Of a stretch of 31,779 nt of DNA, positions 15,064 to 25,341 are shown in pieces. The notes below the pieces were generated by a model. The model ran no database searches. It was not told the origin of the DNA and was given only the letters and a program-made list of their open reading frames with translations. The position numbers were made by a program, and so were the translations under genes. Source of the stretch: a virus (lineage: Duplodnaviria > Caudoviricetes); the IMG/VR virus record IMGVR_UViG_3300017766_001040, positions 1-31,779 of that record. One strand, 5' to 3'. Each line of letters opens with the position of its first letter. Positions within the stretch are counted from its first letter, which is position 1.

Positions 15064-17285
15064 TGTACGAACAAACACTTTATAAAGTATTACCTGACTA
15101 CATTAAACAATCGGTAATCAAGCAACAAAACCGATATAATAAATGGAAATATGGTTATAATAAAGAGCACGATGTAATTATTATAAGCAAAACAGGTAAG
15201 ATTGGAGAAATATACGAGATACAGAACTTAAGGATTGCTTTGCCGTTAATTGATGAATCATTTAAAAGAGCACCAAAAAAGGAAGAGCAATACTGGGAAC
15301 AATTAAAAATACCAAAAGAACTTGAAAAAATAAAGAGTGTATTTGATTGGAATAAATACCCCGATAGTTTTAAGGAAAGATGGTATGATTATGTTGACCA
15401 TGAATTTAAACATAGAGAAGAAGGTTTCTCATTTTACAATAATGGAATACCTACATATATAACAGGCACACACTATATGTACTTGCAATGGAGCAAGATA
15501 GATGTTGGAGCACCTGACTTTAGAGAATCAAATAGATTATTTTTTATATTTTGGGAAGCTTGTAAAGCAGATCCAAGATGTTATGGAATGTGTTATTTAA
15601 AGAATAGACGTTCCGGGTTTTCTTTTATGTCATCCGCTGAATTAGTTAATCAAGCCACTATATCAAGTGATTCAAGGTTTGGAATCTTATCAAAAGCCGG
15701 AGCAGACGCTAAAACAATGTTTACCGACAAAGTTGTTCCAATCTCTCTTAACTATCCTTTCTTCTTTAAACCTATACAAGACGGTATGGATAGACCGAAA
15801 ACAGAACTTGCTTATAGAGTGCCTGCTTCAAAGTTTACAAGAAGAAAATTAGATAGTCAAGAAAATCCTGAAGAACTTGCAGGTCTTGATACAACAATAG
15901 ATTGGAAGAATACAGGGGATAACTCCTATGATGGTGAAAAACTTAAATTACTAGTTCATGATGAAAGTGGTAAATGGTTAAAACCTGATAATATATTAAA
16001 CAACTGGAGAGTTACAAAAACCTGTTTAAGATTAGGTAGTAGGATTATCGGTAAGTGTATGATGGGTTCAACGTCAAATGCTTTAGATAAAGGAGGAGAC
16101 AACTTTAAAAAATTATATTATGCCTCAGATGTTACGAAAAGAAACCGCAATGGACAGACTAGCTCAGGATTATATAGTTTGTTCATACCTATGGAATGGT
16201 CGTACGAGGGATTCATTGATACTTATGGGATACCTGTCTTCGACACTCCAAAAACCCCAATCAAAGGAATTGACGGAAACGAAATAGATTATGGTGTTAT
16301 TGAACACTGGCAGAATGAGGTTGATGGTTTAAAGTCTGACTCTGACGCATTAAATGAATATTATAGACAATTTCCAAGAACGGAACAACACGCTTTTAGA
16401 GATGAAACGAAACAATCTTTATTTAACCTTACAAAAATATATGAGCAAATTGATTATAATAATGATCTAAGAAATACTAATATATTAACAAGAGGTAATT
16501 TTCAATGGGAAGGTGGTATACAAGATACCAAAGTAATATTTTATCCAAACAAAGATGGTAGATTTTTAGTGTCATGGATTCCTCCTTATCATTTACAAAA
16601 TAATATAATATTAAAGAATAGTATGAAATATCCTGGTAATGAACATATTGGCGCATTTGGTTGTGACCCTTATGACATATCAGGAACGACAGATGGTAAA
16701 GGATCTAAAGGAGCTTTACACGGATTAACTAAATTCTCAATGGAAGATGCTCCATCTAATACATTCTTTTTACAATATATATCAAGGCCTCAAACGGCTG
16801 AGATCTTTTTTGAAGACGTGCTTATGGCGTGCATATTTTATGGTATGCCGATATTAGCAGAAAATAATAAACCAAGATTGTTATATCATTTTAAAAGAAG
16901 AGGCTATAGAGGATTCTCAATGAATAGACCAGATAGGATATTTAATAAACTATCTGCAACAGAAAGAGAAATAGGGGGAATGCCAAACTCATCTCAAGAT
17001 ATAATGCAGGCGCATGCCGCAGCAATAGAAACTTATATAGAGGAACACGTTGGTTTAAACGAAATGGGGTATGGAACAATGTACTTTCAAGATACATTAG
17101 AAGATTGGGCAAGATTTGATATAAATAAAAGAACTAATCATGATGCTTCTATTAGTTCAGGATTAGCAATAATGGCTTGTAATAGAAACAAATATATGCC
17201 AACTGAAAAAAGAGAAATAGTGTCTGTCCCTTTAGGTTTTAAGAAATATAATAATCAAGGAACTACATCAAAAATTATTAAGTAA
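15063..17285 (+). CDS. terL: terminase large subunit
   Basis: Walker A variant KNRRSGFS, Walker B LLVHDESGK, coupling motif GSTSN, RNase H-like nuclease GCDPYD and HDASIS. Confidence 0.92.
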   Translation: MYEQTLYKVLPDYIKQSVIKQQNRYNKWKYGYNKEHDVIIISKTGKIGEIYEIQNLRIALPLIDESFKRAPKKEEQYWEQLKIPKELEKIKSVFDWNKYPDSFKERWYDYVDHEFKHREEGFSFYNNGIPTYITGTHYMYLQWSKIDVGAPDFRESNRLFFIFWEACKADPRCYGMCYLKNRRSGFSFMSSAELVNQATISSDSRFGILSKAGADAKTMFTDKVVPISLNYPFFFKPIQDGMDRPKTELAYRVPASKFTRRKLDSQENPEELAGLDTTIDWKNTGDNSYDGEKLKLLVHDESGKWLKPDNILNNWRVTKTCLRLGSRIIGKCMMGSTSNALDKGGDNFKKLYYASDVTKRNRNGQTSSGLYSLFIPMEWSYEGFIDTYGIPVFDTPKTPIKGIDGNEIDYGVIEHWQNEVDGLKSDSDALNEYYRQFPRTEQHAFRDETKQSLFNLTKIYEQIDYNNDLRNTNILTRGNFQWEGGIQDTKVIFYPNKDGRFLVSWIPPYHLQNNIILKNSMKYPGNEHIGAFGCDPYDISGTTDGKGSKGALHGLTKFSMEDAPSNTFFLQYISRPQTAEIFFEDVLMACIFYGMPILAENNKPRLLYHFKRRGYRGFSMNRPDRIFNKLSATEREIGGMPNSSQDIMQAHAAAIETYIEEHVGLNEMGYGTMYFQDTLEDWARFDINKRTNHDASISSGLAIMACNRNKYMPTEKREIVSVPLGFKKYNNQGTTSKIIK

Positions 17286-19694
17286 ATGAATATATACACA
17301 AATCCAAATAGCGCTTTCCCTAGTCAGGTTGTAGATGATGCTACTAAGGCTTCTGAAGAATATGGATTACAAGTATCTCGTGCTATAGAGCAGGAATGGT
17401 TTAATCAAGGGAGGACTAGCGGTAATAGATATTTAACACATTGGAATAATTTTAATAGATTAAGACTGTACGCAAGAGGAGAACAATCTGTGCAAAAATA
17501 TAAAGACGAGTTATCAATTAATGGTGATTTATCTTATTTGAATTTAGATTGGACACCAGTTCCTATACTATCAAAGTTTGTTGATATAGTTGCTAATGGC
17601 ATTTCTCAAAAAACCTATGATGTAAAAGCATTTGCTCAAGACCCGGAGTCTGTTAAAAAGAAAATGGATTATGCTTCCTCATTACAGTTTGATATGATTA
17701 ACCAGCCATTAATTCAAGATGTAATGCAAAAGACTGGTTCTAATATATCAAAATCAAATGTGCCCGCGCAAGACTTACCCGAGACACAAGAGGAATTAGA
17801 ATTGCACATGCAGCTCTCCTATAAACAATCTATTGAAATAGCGGAAGAAGAAGCAATAAATACCGTGTTAAAGACTAATAAGTATGATCTTACTAGAAAA
17901 AGGCTTAACTACGATTTAACAACTATTGGGATTGCGGCGGTTAAAACATCGTTTAATAAATCAGAAGGGATTGTTGTTGATTATGTAGATCCGGCTTATT
18001 TGGTTTATTCATATACAGAAGATCCAAACTTTGAAGATATTTATTACGTAGGTGAAGTTAAAGCAGTGACAATACCGGAGTTAAAAAAAGAATTCCCATA
18101 TATATCGGAAGATGAACTTCTTAAGATCCAACAAATGCCTGGAAATAGACAGTATATTCAGGGATGGGGTAATTACGATGAAAACACGGTACAAGTATTA
18201 TACTTTGAGTATAAGACTTATATGAATCAAGTATTCAAAATAAAACAAAGTGAGAACGGATTAGAAAAAGTTATTCAAAAAACCGATTCTTTTAATCCTC
18301 CCCCAAATGATAATTTTGAAAAAGTGTCAAGAACAATAGAGGTATTATATACAGGTGCTAAAATTATAGGCACAGACATGATGCTCGAGTGGAGATTGTC
18401 AAATGATATGACACGTCCATATGCAGACACAGCTAGAGTCAAAATGAATTACAATATAGTTGCCCCTAGAATGTATAAGGGCAGAATTGATTCTATTGTT
18501 ACTAAGTGCATTTCTTTTGCCGACATGATCCAATTAACTCACCTAAAACTTCAGCAAGTTATGTCAAGAGTAGTGCCTGATGGTGTATTCTTAGATGTTG
18601 ATGGTTTGATGGAAGTTGATTTGGGTAATGGTACAAAATACAATCCAGCAGAAGCATTAAATATGTATTTCCAAACTGGTAGTATTGTAGGTAGATCTTT
18701 AACTCAAGATGGCGAAATAAATAGAGGCAAAGTACCTATTCAAGAATTAACAACATCAAGTGGTCAAGGTAAAATACAAAGTTTAATACAAACTTACCAG
18801 TATTACTTGCAAATGATTAGAGATGTTACTGGTCTTAATGAGGCTGTTGATGGTAGTAAGCCAGATTCAAATGCTTTAGTAGGATTACAAAAAATAGCAG
18901 CAAACGCTTCTAATGTAGCAACTCGCCATATAAAAGACGCAAGTATATATTTAACTACAAGGATATGTGAGAATATATCATTACGAGTTGCTGATTGTTT
19001 AAACTACCCTTTAACTGCAAATTCACTAAAACAAAGTATATCAACTTATAATGTGGAGGTTTTAAAAGAAATTGAAAAACTAAATCTGCACGACTTTGGT
19101 ATTTTCTTAGAAATTGAACCAGACGAAGAAGAAAAAGCTCAATTAGAGCAAAATATACAAGTATCTTTACAGAATGGCGGAATTGATTTAGAAGATGCTA
19201 TTGATATAAGACAAGTTAGAAATCTTAAATTAGCAAATCAATTATTAAAGCTAAAAAGAAAAAAGAAATTAGAGCAAGTACAACAACAGCAATTAGCCAA
19301 TATACAAGCGCAAGCAGATGCTAATTCACAGAATGCAGAAAAAGCAGCGTTATTTGAAGTGCAAAAACAAGAAGCTTTAGCTCAAACACAAATACAAATA
19401 GAACAAGCTAAATCTCAATTTGAAATGCAAAGGTTACAAGCTGAGGCGCAGGTTAAAAAACAATTAATGGCGGAACAATTTAATTATGATATGCAATTAG
19501 CACAATTAAAGGTTCAAGCAGAAACAACTAAGTTCAATCAGCTAGAAGATAGAAAAGATGAGAGAACAAAGATACAAGCAACACAACAGTCTGAATTAAT
19601 AGATCAACGTAAGAATGATTCTTTGCCAAAAGATTTTCAGAATAGCGCAGAAAATTTAATGAATGATTTAGGCGGTATGTTGCAAATGGAATAA
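17286..19694 (+). CDS. portal protein
   Basis: 802 aa, directly after TerL; long Gln-rich C-terminal coiled coil typical of podovirus portal barrels. Confidence 0.85.
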   Translation: MNIYTNPNSAFPSQVVDDATKASEEYGLQVSRAIEQEWFNQGRTSGNRYLTHWNNFNRLRLYARGEQSVQKYKDELSINGDLSYLNLDWTPVPILSKFVDIVANGISQKTYDVKAFAQDPESVKKKMDYASSLQFDMINQPLIQDVMQKTGSNISKSNVPAQDLPETQEELELHMQLSYKQSIEIAEEEAINTVLKTNKYDLTRKRLNYDLTTIGIAAVKTSFNKSEGIVVDYVDPAYLVYSYTEDPNFEDIYYVGEVKAVTIPELKKEFPYISEDELLKIQQMPGNRQYIQGWGNYDENTVQVLYFEYKTYMNQVFKIKQSENGLEKVIQKTDSFNPPPNDNFEKVSRTIEVLYTGAKIIGTDMMLEWRLSNDMTRPYADTARVKMNYNIVAPRMYKGRIDSIVTKCISFADMIQLTHLKLQQVMSRVVPDGVFLDVDGLMEVDLGNGTKYNPAEALNMYFQTGSIVGRSLTQDGEINRGKVPIQELTTSSGQGKIQSLIQTYQYYLQMIRDVTGLNEAVDGSKPDSNALVGLQKIAANASNVATRHIKDASIYLTTRICENISLRVADCLNYPLTANSLKQSISTYNVEVLKEIEKLNLHDFGIFLEIEPDEEEKAQLEQNIQVSLQNGGIDLEDAIDIRQVRNLKLANQLLKLKRKKKLEQVQQQQLANIQAQADANSQNAEKAALFEVQKQEALAQTQIQIEQAKSQFEMQRLQAEAQVKKQLMAEQFNYDMQLAQLKVQAETTKFNQLEDRKDERTKIQATQQSELIDQRKNDSLPKDFQNSAENLMNDLGGMLQME

Positions 19695-19724
19695 ACTTAT
19701 TAACCAATTTTATATTATCATATT

Positions 19725-20897
19725 ATGTCAGAACAAGTAAAACAAGAAGGAGAATTTAAACTAAAAGCAAAGAAACCTTCAGTAAAAAAATTAAACAAAA
19801 CAGATGAACCTATTAAGGTTGATTTGACACAGAAACAAGAAGAACCAATAAAAGTAGTAATCCCTAAAGAAGAAACAGATGCCATTCAAGAGCAAAGCAC
19901 AGATGAAAGCATGTTACGCGATAAACAACCCGAATTGGGATTGCAAGAAGTGGTCGAAGGAAACCAAGGGGCCACTGAAAATGTTATTGAAGAAATCTTT
20001 GAACAAGAAATAAAACAAGAGATTGCAGATATTAAAGAAGAACTGCAATTTCATACTCAAGAGCAAACAAATAATAATGTAGAATTACCTGAAAATATAG
20101 AGAAGTTAGTTTCTTTTATGCAAGAGACTGGTGGAACTATTGAAGACTATGTTAGATTGAATGCGGATTATTCAAATGTAAATAATGTTGCTCTATTAAA
20201 AGAATACTATAAAAACACCAAGCCACATTTAGATGCAGAGGAGGTAGAATTCTTATTAGAAGATAAGTTCTTCTTTGATGAAGACATTGACGATGAAAGA
20301 GAAATTAAACTAAAGAAATTAGCATTTAAAGATGAAATTTCTAAAGCAAAAACCTTTTTAGAGGAAGCAAAGAAAAAATATTACGCAGAAATCAAGGCAA
20401 GACCTGGGGTTAATGCAGAACAACAAAAAGCTGTTGATTTTTTTAACAGATATAATAACGAGCAAAACAAAGTGGCTCAACAACAAGATGCGTTTAAAAA
20501 ACAAACATCTAATCTTTTTAACAATGAATTCAAAGGTTTTGAATATAACTTAGGTGAAAAGAGATTTAGATATAATGTTCAGAATCCAAATCAAGTTGCC
20601 GAAACTCAATCAAATATACAAACCTTCGTCGGAAAGTTTCTAGACAAAGAAGGTAATGTAACAGATGTACCGGGTTATCATAAGGCTTTGTATTCAGCAA
20701 TGAATGCTGACAAAATAGCTGCTCATTTTTATGAACAAGGAAAAGCTGACGCTGTTAAACAAGTTGTTAGCAATTCTAAAAATCCAAGTATGGATGCCCC
20801 TAGAACTGCTAGTGAACCATTCATTAATGGATTTAAAGTTAAATCTATAAGCGGCCAAGACTCCTCTAAACTGAGGATACAAACAAAAAAATTTTAA
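19725..20897 (+). CDS. putative scaffolding protein
   Basis: Very acidic N-half and helical C-half; lies between portal and MCP. Confidence 0.7.
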   Translation: MSEQVKQEGEFKLKAKKPSVKKLNKTDEPIKVDLTQKQEEPIKVVIPKEETDAIQEQSTDESMLRDKQPELGLQEVVEGNQGATENVIEEIFEQEIKQEIADIKEELQFHTQEQTNNNVELPENIEKLVSFMQETGGTIEDYVRLNADYSNVNNVALLKEYYKNTKPHLDAEEVEFLLEDKFFFDEDIDDEREIKLKKLAFKDEISKAKTFLEEAKKKYYAEIKARPGVNAEQQKAVDFFNRYNNEQNKVAQQQDAFKKQTSNLFNNEFKGFEYNLGEKRFRYNVQNPNQVAETQSNIQTFVGKFLDKEGNVTDVPGYHKALYSAMNADKIAAHFYEQGKADAVKQVVSNSKNPSMDAPRTASEPFINGFKVKSISGQDSSKLRIQTKKF

Positions 20898-20917
20898 CAA
20901 TTAAAAATTAAAAAACT

Positions 20918-22378
20918 ATGGCAAATGTAACGCCTCAATTCGGTTCAATTAAACCGTCTCAAAAACAGCAAGCATTAGAAACTAACTACTTAAACTTTAC
21001 AGACGGTAGTGGTAATGACTTTGCACAACAATTTTTACCAGAAATCTACGAACAAGAAGTAGAAAGATATGGTAATAGAACTTTATCGGGTTTCTTACGT
21101 ATGGTAGGAGCTGAAATGCCAATGTCTTCTGATCAAGTAGTTTGGTCTGAACAAAACAGATTACATATTGCATATAACAATGTAACTTGTACTAACGCAA
21201 CAACTTTAACTTTTGTTACTGGAGGTACAGGATCTGCTTTTGTTAACAACGTTATTTCTGTTGGTCAAACTTTGGTAGTTATGAGTCCTACTACAGGAAA
21301 AGAATTAAAAGTTTATGTTACTGCTTCTACTGCTAATCCTACGACCGGTGTTGGTGGAGCTACAAATCCAGCCGTTCTTACAGTTAAGCCTTACACTCAA
21401 GCTGATCTAGGTGGAACAGTTGACTTTGTAACTGGAACGCCTACAAATCTTAAAATATTTGTATATGGTTCTGAATTTGCTAAAGGCACAACTGACGCTA
21501 CTTTAAATTCTGTAGTTCCTTCATTTACACAATATAGTAATTCTCCTATTATTGTTAAAGAAAGATACCAAATTTCTGGTTCTGATACTGCTCAAATTGG
21601 ATGGGTAGAAGTTGCTACTGAAGACGGAACTTCTGGATATTTATGGTATTTAAAAGCAGAATCTGAAACAAGATTACGTTTTGAAGATTACTTGGAGATG
21701 TCAGTTATTGAAGGAGAGCTAGTTTCAGGCGGTTCTACTTTATTAAGTGGTAATAACATTAAAGGTACTCAAGGTTTATTCTCCGCTGTTAAAGAAAGAG
21801 GTAATGTTGTAAACAACTTCTCTGCAGCTAGTGGTCTTAATGACTTTGATTCAATTTTGAAAAACTTAGATACTCAAGGAGCTATTGAAGAAAACATGTT
21901 ATTCTTAAACCGTGCAACTTCTCTTGACTTTGATGATATGCTTGCTTCTTTATCTGCTGGTGCAGCAGGTGGTGTAGCTTACGGTTTATTTGAAAACTCT
22001 GAGCAAATGGCATTAAACTTAGGATTCTCTGGTTTCCGTCGTGGATCTTATGATTTCTACAAAACTGATTGGAAATACTTAAATGATGCATCTACTCGTG
22101 GTGGCATGGCTACTTCATCTATTGACGGTATCCTTGTTCCTGCTGGTACATCAACTGTATATGACCAACAATTAGGTACTAATATCCGTAGACCATTCTT
22201 ACACGTTCGTTATAGAGCTAATCAGGCTGATGACAGAAGAATGAAATCTTGGATCACTGGATCTGTTGGAGGAGCTTATACTTCTGACCTTGATGCAATG
22301 CAAGTACACTTCTTATCTGAAAGATGTTTAGTTACTCAAGCTGCTAATAACTTCGTGTTATTTACTGCATCAGTGTAA
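20918..22378 (+). CDS. major capsid protein (HK97-type, with insertion domain)
   Basis: Position; 486 aa; strongly biased codons (GCT/ACT/GGT/TTC/AAC); followed by a terminator. Confidence 0.88.
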   Translation: MANVTPQFGSIKPSQKQQALETNYLNFTDGSGNDFAQQFLPEIYEQEVERYGNRTLSGFLRMVGAEMPMSSDQVVWSEQNRLHIAYNNVTCTNATTLTFVTGGTGSAFVNNVISVGQTLVVMSPTTGKELKVYVTASTANPTTGVGGATNPAVLTVKPYTQADLGGTVDFVTGTPTNLKIFVYGSEFAKGTTDATLNSVVPSFTQYSNSPIIVKERYQISGSDTAQIGWVEVATEDGTSGYLWYLKAESETRLRFEDYLEMSVIEGELVSGGSTLLSGNNIKGTQGLFSAVKERGNVVNNFSAASGLNDFDSILKNLDTQGAIEENMLFLNRATSLDFDDMLASLSAGAAGGVAYGLFENSEQMALNLGFSGFRRGSYDFYKTDWKYLNDASTRGGMATSSIDGILVPAGTSTVYDQQLGTNIRRPFLHVRYRANQADDRRMKSWITGSVGGAYTSDLDAMQVHFLSERCLVTQAANNFVLFTASV

Positions 22379-22384
22379 AAATAT

Positions 22385-22430
22385 GGTGATATTACCCTCG
22401 TTGAATTTACGGGGGTAATTATTACCTTTT
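22385..22430 (+). terminator. intrinsic terminator after MCP
   Basis: ggtgatattaccctcgt / acgggggtaattattacc stem followed by tttt. Confidence 0.8.
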
Positions 22431-22456
22431 AAAAATTTATTAAATTATATTATATT

Positions 22457-23308
22457 ATGGCAACAAAACAAACAACAAAAAAAGAATTAGAATCAAATGA
22501 ATTTGATGTGGATACAATTACTATGGAAGAAACAGTTGTACCAAAAGAAATAAAACCAAAAACATTAAAAGATACCTGGGTAATTAAAGATAGAACATAT
22601 ATTATATCGGATAGTCATTCTCCTTTAACATATACACTACAAAGCAAACACTCATTAAGGTATCCTTTATTATGGTTTAATAAGGAAACAGGAGAACAGG
22701 AAGAATTAAGATACGCAACTAATCAAAATTCTCCATTAGTTTCACAACAAAAAGGACAGGCAACTTTAGGGCATATCATATTTGAAAATGGTATATTAAA
22801 TGTGCCTAAAGAAAAACAAAACCTACAAAAATTATTATCACTTTATCATCCAGCATTAAATATTAAGTATACTGAATTTGATCCAACATTAGAAGCAGAA
22901 GATGAATTAGAAGATATTGAATTAGAAGTAATGGCATTAAATGCTGCTTTAGAAATGGATATTGATCAAGCGGAATCTATTGTTAGAGTTGAAGTTGGAT
23001 CTAGAGTTAATAAGATGAGTTCTAAGGAAATAAAAAGAGACTTGTTATTGTTAGCAAGAAATAATCCTGCTTTATTTATAGAACTAGCAAATGATGATAA
23101 TGTACAACTTAGAAATATAGCTATTAGAGCTGTTGAAGCGAGTATTGTAAAATTATCACCAGACAATAGAACATTCCATTGGGGTGAAAATAATAGAAAG
23201 CTAATGACAGTACCTTTTGATGAAAATCCATACTCAGCTATGGCGGCATTTTTCAAAACAGATGAAGGTATAGAAGTCTTTAAGTCTATAGAGAAAAAAT
23301 TAAAATAA
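22457..23308 (+). CDS. conserved hypothetical protein downstream of MCP
   Basis: 283-aa ORF with A/T-rich leader. Confidence 0.8.
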   Translation: MATKQTTKKELESNEFDVDTITMEETVVPKEIKPKTLKDTWVIKDRTYIISDSHSPLTYTLQSKHSLRYPLLWFNKETGEQEELRYATNQNSPLVSQQKGQATLGHIIFENGILNVPKEKQNLQKLLSLYHPALNIKYTEFDPTLEAEDELEDIELEVMALNAALEMDIDQAESIVRVEVGSRVNKMSSKEIKRDLLLLARNNPALFIELANDDNVQLRNIAIRAVEASIVKLSPDNRTFHWGENNRKLMTVPFDENPYSAMAAFFKTDEGIEVFKSIEKKLK

Positions 23309-23310
23309 TA

Positions 23311-23350
23311 CGTAATATTAATATATAGGCGGTGGCTTTGGTTACCGCCT
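23311..23350 (+). promoter_or_regulatory. late-promoter-like motif CGTAATATTAATA followed by a 10-bp GC-rich hairpin (23327-23350)
   Basis: aggcggtggc-tttg-gttaccgcct; no U-tract follows. Confidence 0.55.
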
Positions 23351-23373
23351 TAATATTATAATAAATATATAGT

Positions 23374-24084
23374 ATGGCGGTAAGTGTAGATACGGTTTAT
23401 AGAACCTTTTTATTAATTATTAATAAAGAGCAAAGAGGATATTTAACTCCAGATGAATTTAATAAAACAGCAACTCAAGTACAACTTGATATATTCAATG
23501 AATATTTTGAGGACCTTAACCAGCAACTCAGAGTGCCTGGTAATGATAGCGAATATAGTGATCGTATAAAAAATTTAGAGGAAAAAATTGCAATCTTTCA
23601 AGAAAGTGGGGTTTGCGGATCTGGAAATATTAATGGTTTTACATTACCAGTGCCAACGCCTCCTTATGAATTTTATAAATTAGGAACCGTTATATATAAT
23701 GACGAAAAAGAAGTTCAACTAGTTCAACCAAATGAATTATTGGAACTTAATTTGTCACCATTAACAAAGCCGTCTAAACAATGGCCAATTTATACATACA
23801 AAAATTTTAGAATAAAGGTATATCCAACAGTCTCTTCAAGTACTATATCTTGTACGTATATAAGAAAACCATTAAATCCAATGTGGAACTTTACCGCAAC
23901 AGCTCCATATTATACTTATGTGTATAACCCGAGCACTTCTCAAAACTTTGAACTACATCCAACGGAACAAACAAACCTAATAACTAGAATATTACTTTAT
24001 TCAGGTATAGTTATTAAAGATCCACAAATAGTACAAGTAGCCGCACAGCAAGCACAAGCGGAAAATATTAATTCAAAAAGTTAA
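23374..24084 (+). CDS. putative head-tail adaptor / tail ring protein
   Basis: INKEQRGYLTPDEFN...AQ-type N-terminal helices and YIRKP motif, as in crAss-like ring proteins; position. Confidence 0.65.
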   Translation: MAVSVDTVYRTFLLIINKEQRGYLTPDEFNKTATQVQLDIFNEYFEDLNQQLRVPGNDSEYSDRIKNLEEKIAIFQESGVCGSGNINGFTLPVPTPPYEFYKLGTVIYNDEKEVQLVQPNELLELNLSPLTKPSKQWPIYTYKNFRIKVYPTVSSSTISCTYIRKPLNPMWNFTATAPYYTYVYNPSTSQNFELHPTEQTNLITRILLYSGIVIKDPQIVQVAAQQAQAENINSKS

Positions 24085-24090
24085 TAAAAA

Positions 24091-25338
24091 ATGCCAACAC
24101 CTAATAACGGATTAATAACCGAAACAAATAGACAATACTACGAAGGAGCTCAGGGTTTTACTATAGTATATAAATTTAAGAGTGGTCAAAATACTTGGAC
24201 TACTAATTTTACTACTACATTTAATACAGATTTAGTATATGGCAGCTATGATCCTAATGATATTGAATATGCTTTAAATAATTTTAAGTTATATTGGAGT
24301 GCGACAGGATTGCCTGACACATTTGTAGAAGTAACAGAGGAATATGATGTAGTAGATAATACCATTACTTATATAAACGAAGATTTACCATTAGCCAATA
24401 GTTATTTAGTTGTTCAATTAAAGATATTAGATGGCGGCAATTATGGCGACAGAGACGCATTTGGAGACACCGTAGAGGAGAATTATGGTAGTTACCAATA
24501 CATATCATTAAATGATATAATTAACAACTTTATGGTAGCTTATGTTGGCACCGGCAAATTAATTGGCGCTGTAAAAAGAACCGATGTTATATTCCATGCA
24601 AAACGTGGAATGCAGGAATTTAGCTATGATACATTAAAAAGTATTAAATCCCAGGAATTAAATATACCAAATAGTTTAAGCGTTGCAATACCTCAAGACT
24701 ATGTTAACTACGCTAAAATGTCGTGGATCGATGCTTATGGTATTAAACACCCTATATATCCTGTAAATGCTTTAACTACAAATCCTTATGAAAACCCAAT
24801 ACAGGATCAAAGAGGATTACCAATACAAGACAATTTTGATGCAAATATAGAAGGCGATTCTTTAACAGAAGAAAGATGGAATTCTAATAATATATTCCCG
24901 GTTGTAAATGATAATACAAATCTAGAAAATGGTTGGTATAATGGCGATAACTGGGTACAGGACAGATTTTTTGGGAGACTATATGGCATAGACCCACAAT
25001 ATGCAAATATGAATGGATACTTTTCTATAAATGATAGAGAAGGTAAAATATCTTTTAGCAGTAACTTAGTTGGCAAACTAATCGTATTAGAATATATATC
25101 AGATGGATTAGCGTATGATTTAGATTCAAGAGTACCAAAAATGGCGGAAGATGCTTTATATGCTTATATTTTGCACGCTATTATGGCGCATCGTTCAACG
25201 TCAACAGAATATGTTGTTAGAAGATTGCAACAAGATAAATCAGCAAAATTAAGAAACGCTAAAATAAGACTTTCAAATATTAAATTAGAAGAAATAACTC
25301 AAGTATTTAGAGGTAAATCTAAATGGATTAAACATTAA
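24091..25338 (+). CDS. putative tail tubular / ring protein
   Basis: IPQDYVNY, LEYISDG and VPKMAEDALYAYI motifs; position before the muzzle gene. Confidence 0.65.
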   Translation: MPTPNNGLITETNRQYYEGAQGFTIVYKFKSGQNTWTTNFTTTFNTDLVYGSYDPNDIEYALNNFKLYWSATGLPDTFVEVTEEYDVVDNTITYINEDLPLANSYLVVQLKILDGGNYGDRDAFGDTVEENYGSYQYISLNDIINNFMVAYVGTGKLIGAVKRTDVIFHAKRGMQEFSYDTLKSIKSQELNIPNSLSVAIPQDYVNYAKMSWIDAYGIKHPIYPVNALTTNPYENPIQDQRGLPIQDNFDANIEGDSLTEERWNSNNIFPVVNDNTNLENGWYNGDNWVQDRFFGRLYGIDPQYANMNGYFSINDREGKISFSSNLVGKLIVLEYISDGLAYDLDSRVPKMAEDALYAYILHAIMAHRSTSTEYVVRRLQQDKSAKLRNAKIRLSNIKLEEITQVFRGKSKWIKH

Positions 25339-25341
25339 AAA

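Noticed and set aside
737-25076. Minus-strand ORFs (737, 997, 5247, 6002, 7276, 8231, 9542, 9896, 11358, 11673, 14667, 20694, 21882, 22966, 24807) and nested + ORF 15667..15852
   Set aside because: Shadow frames of well-supported + strand genes, with no recognisable motifs
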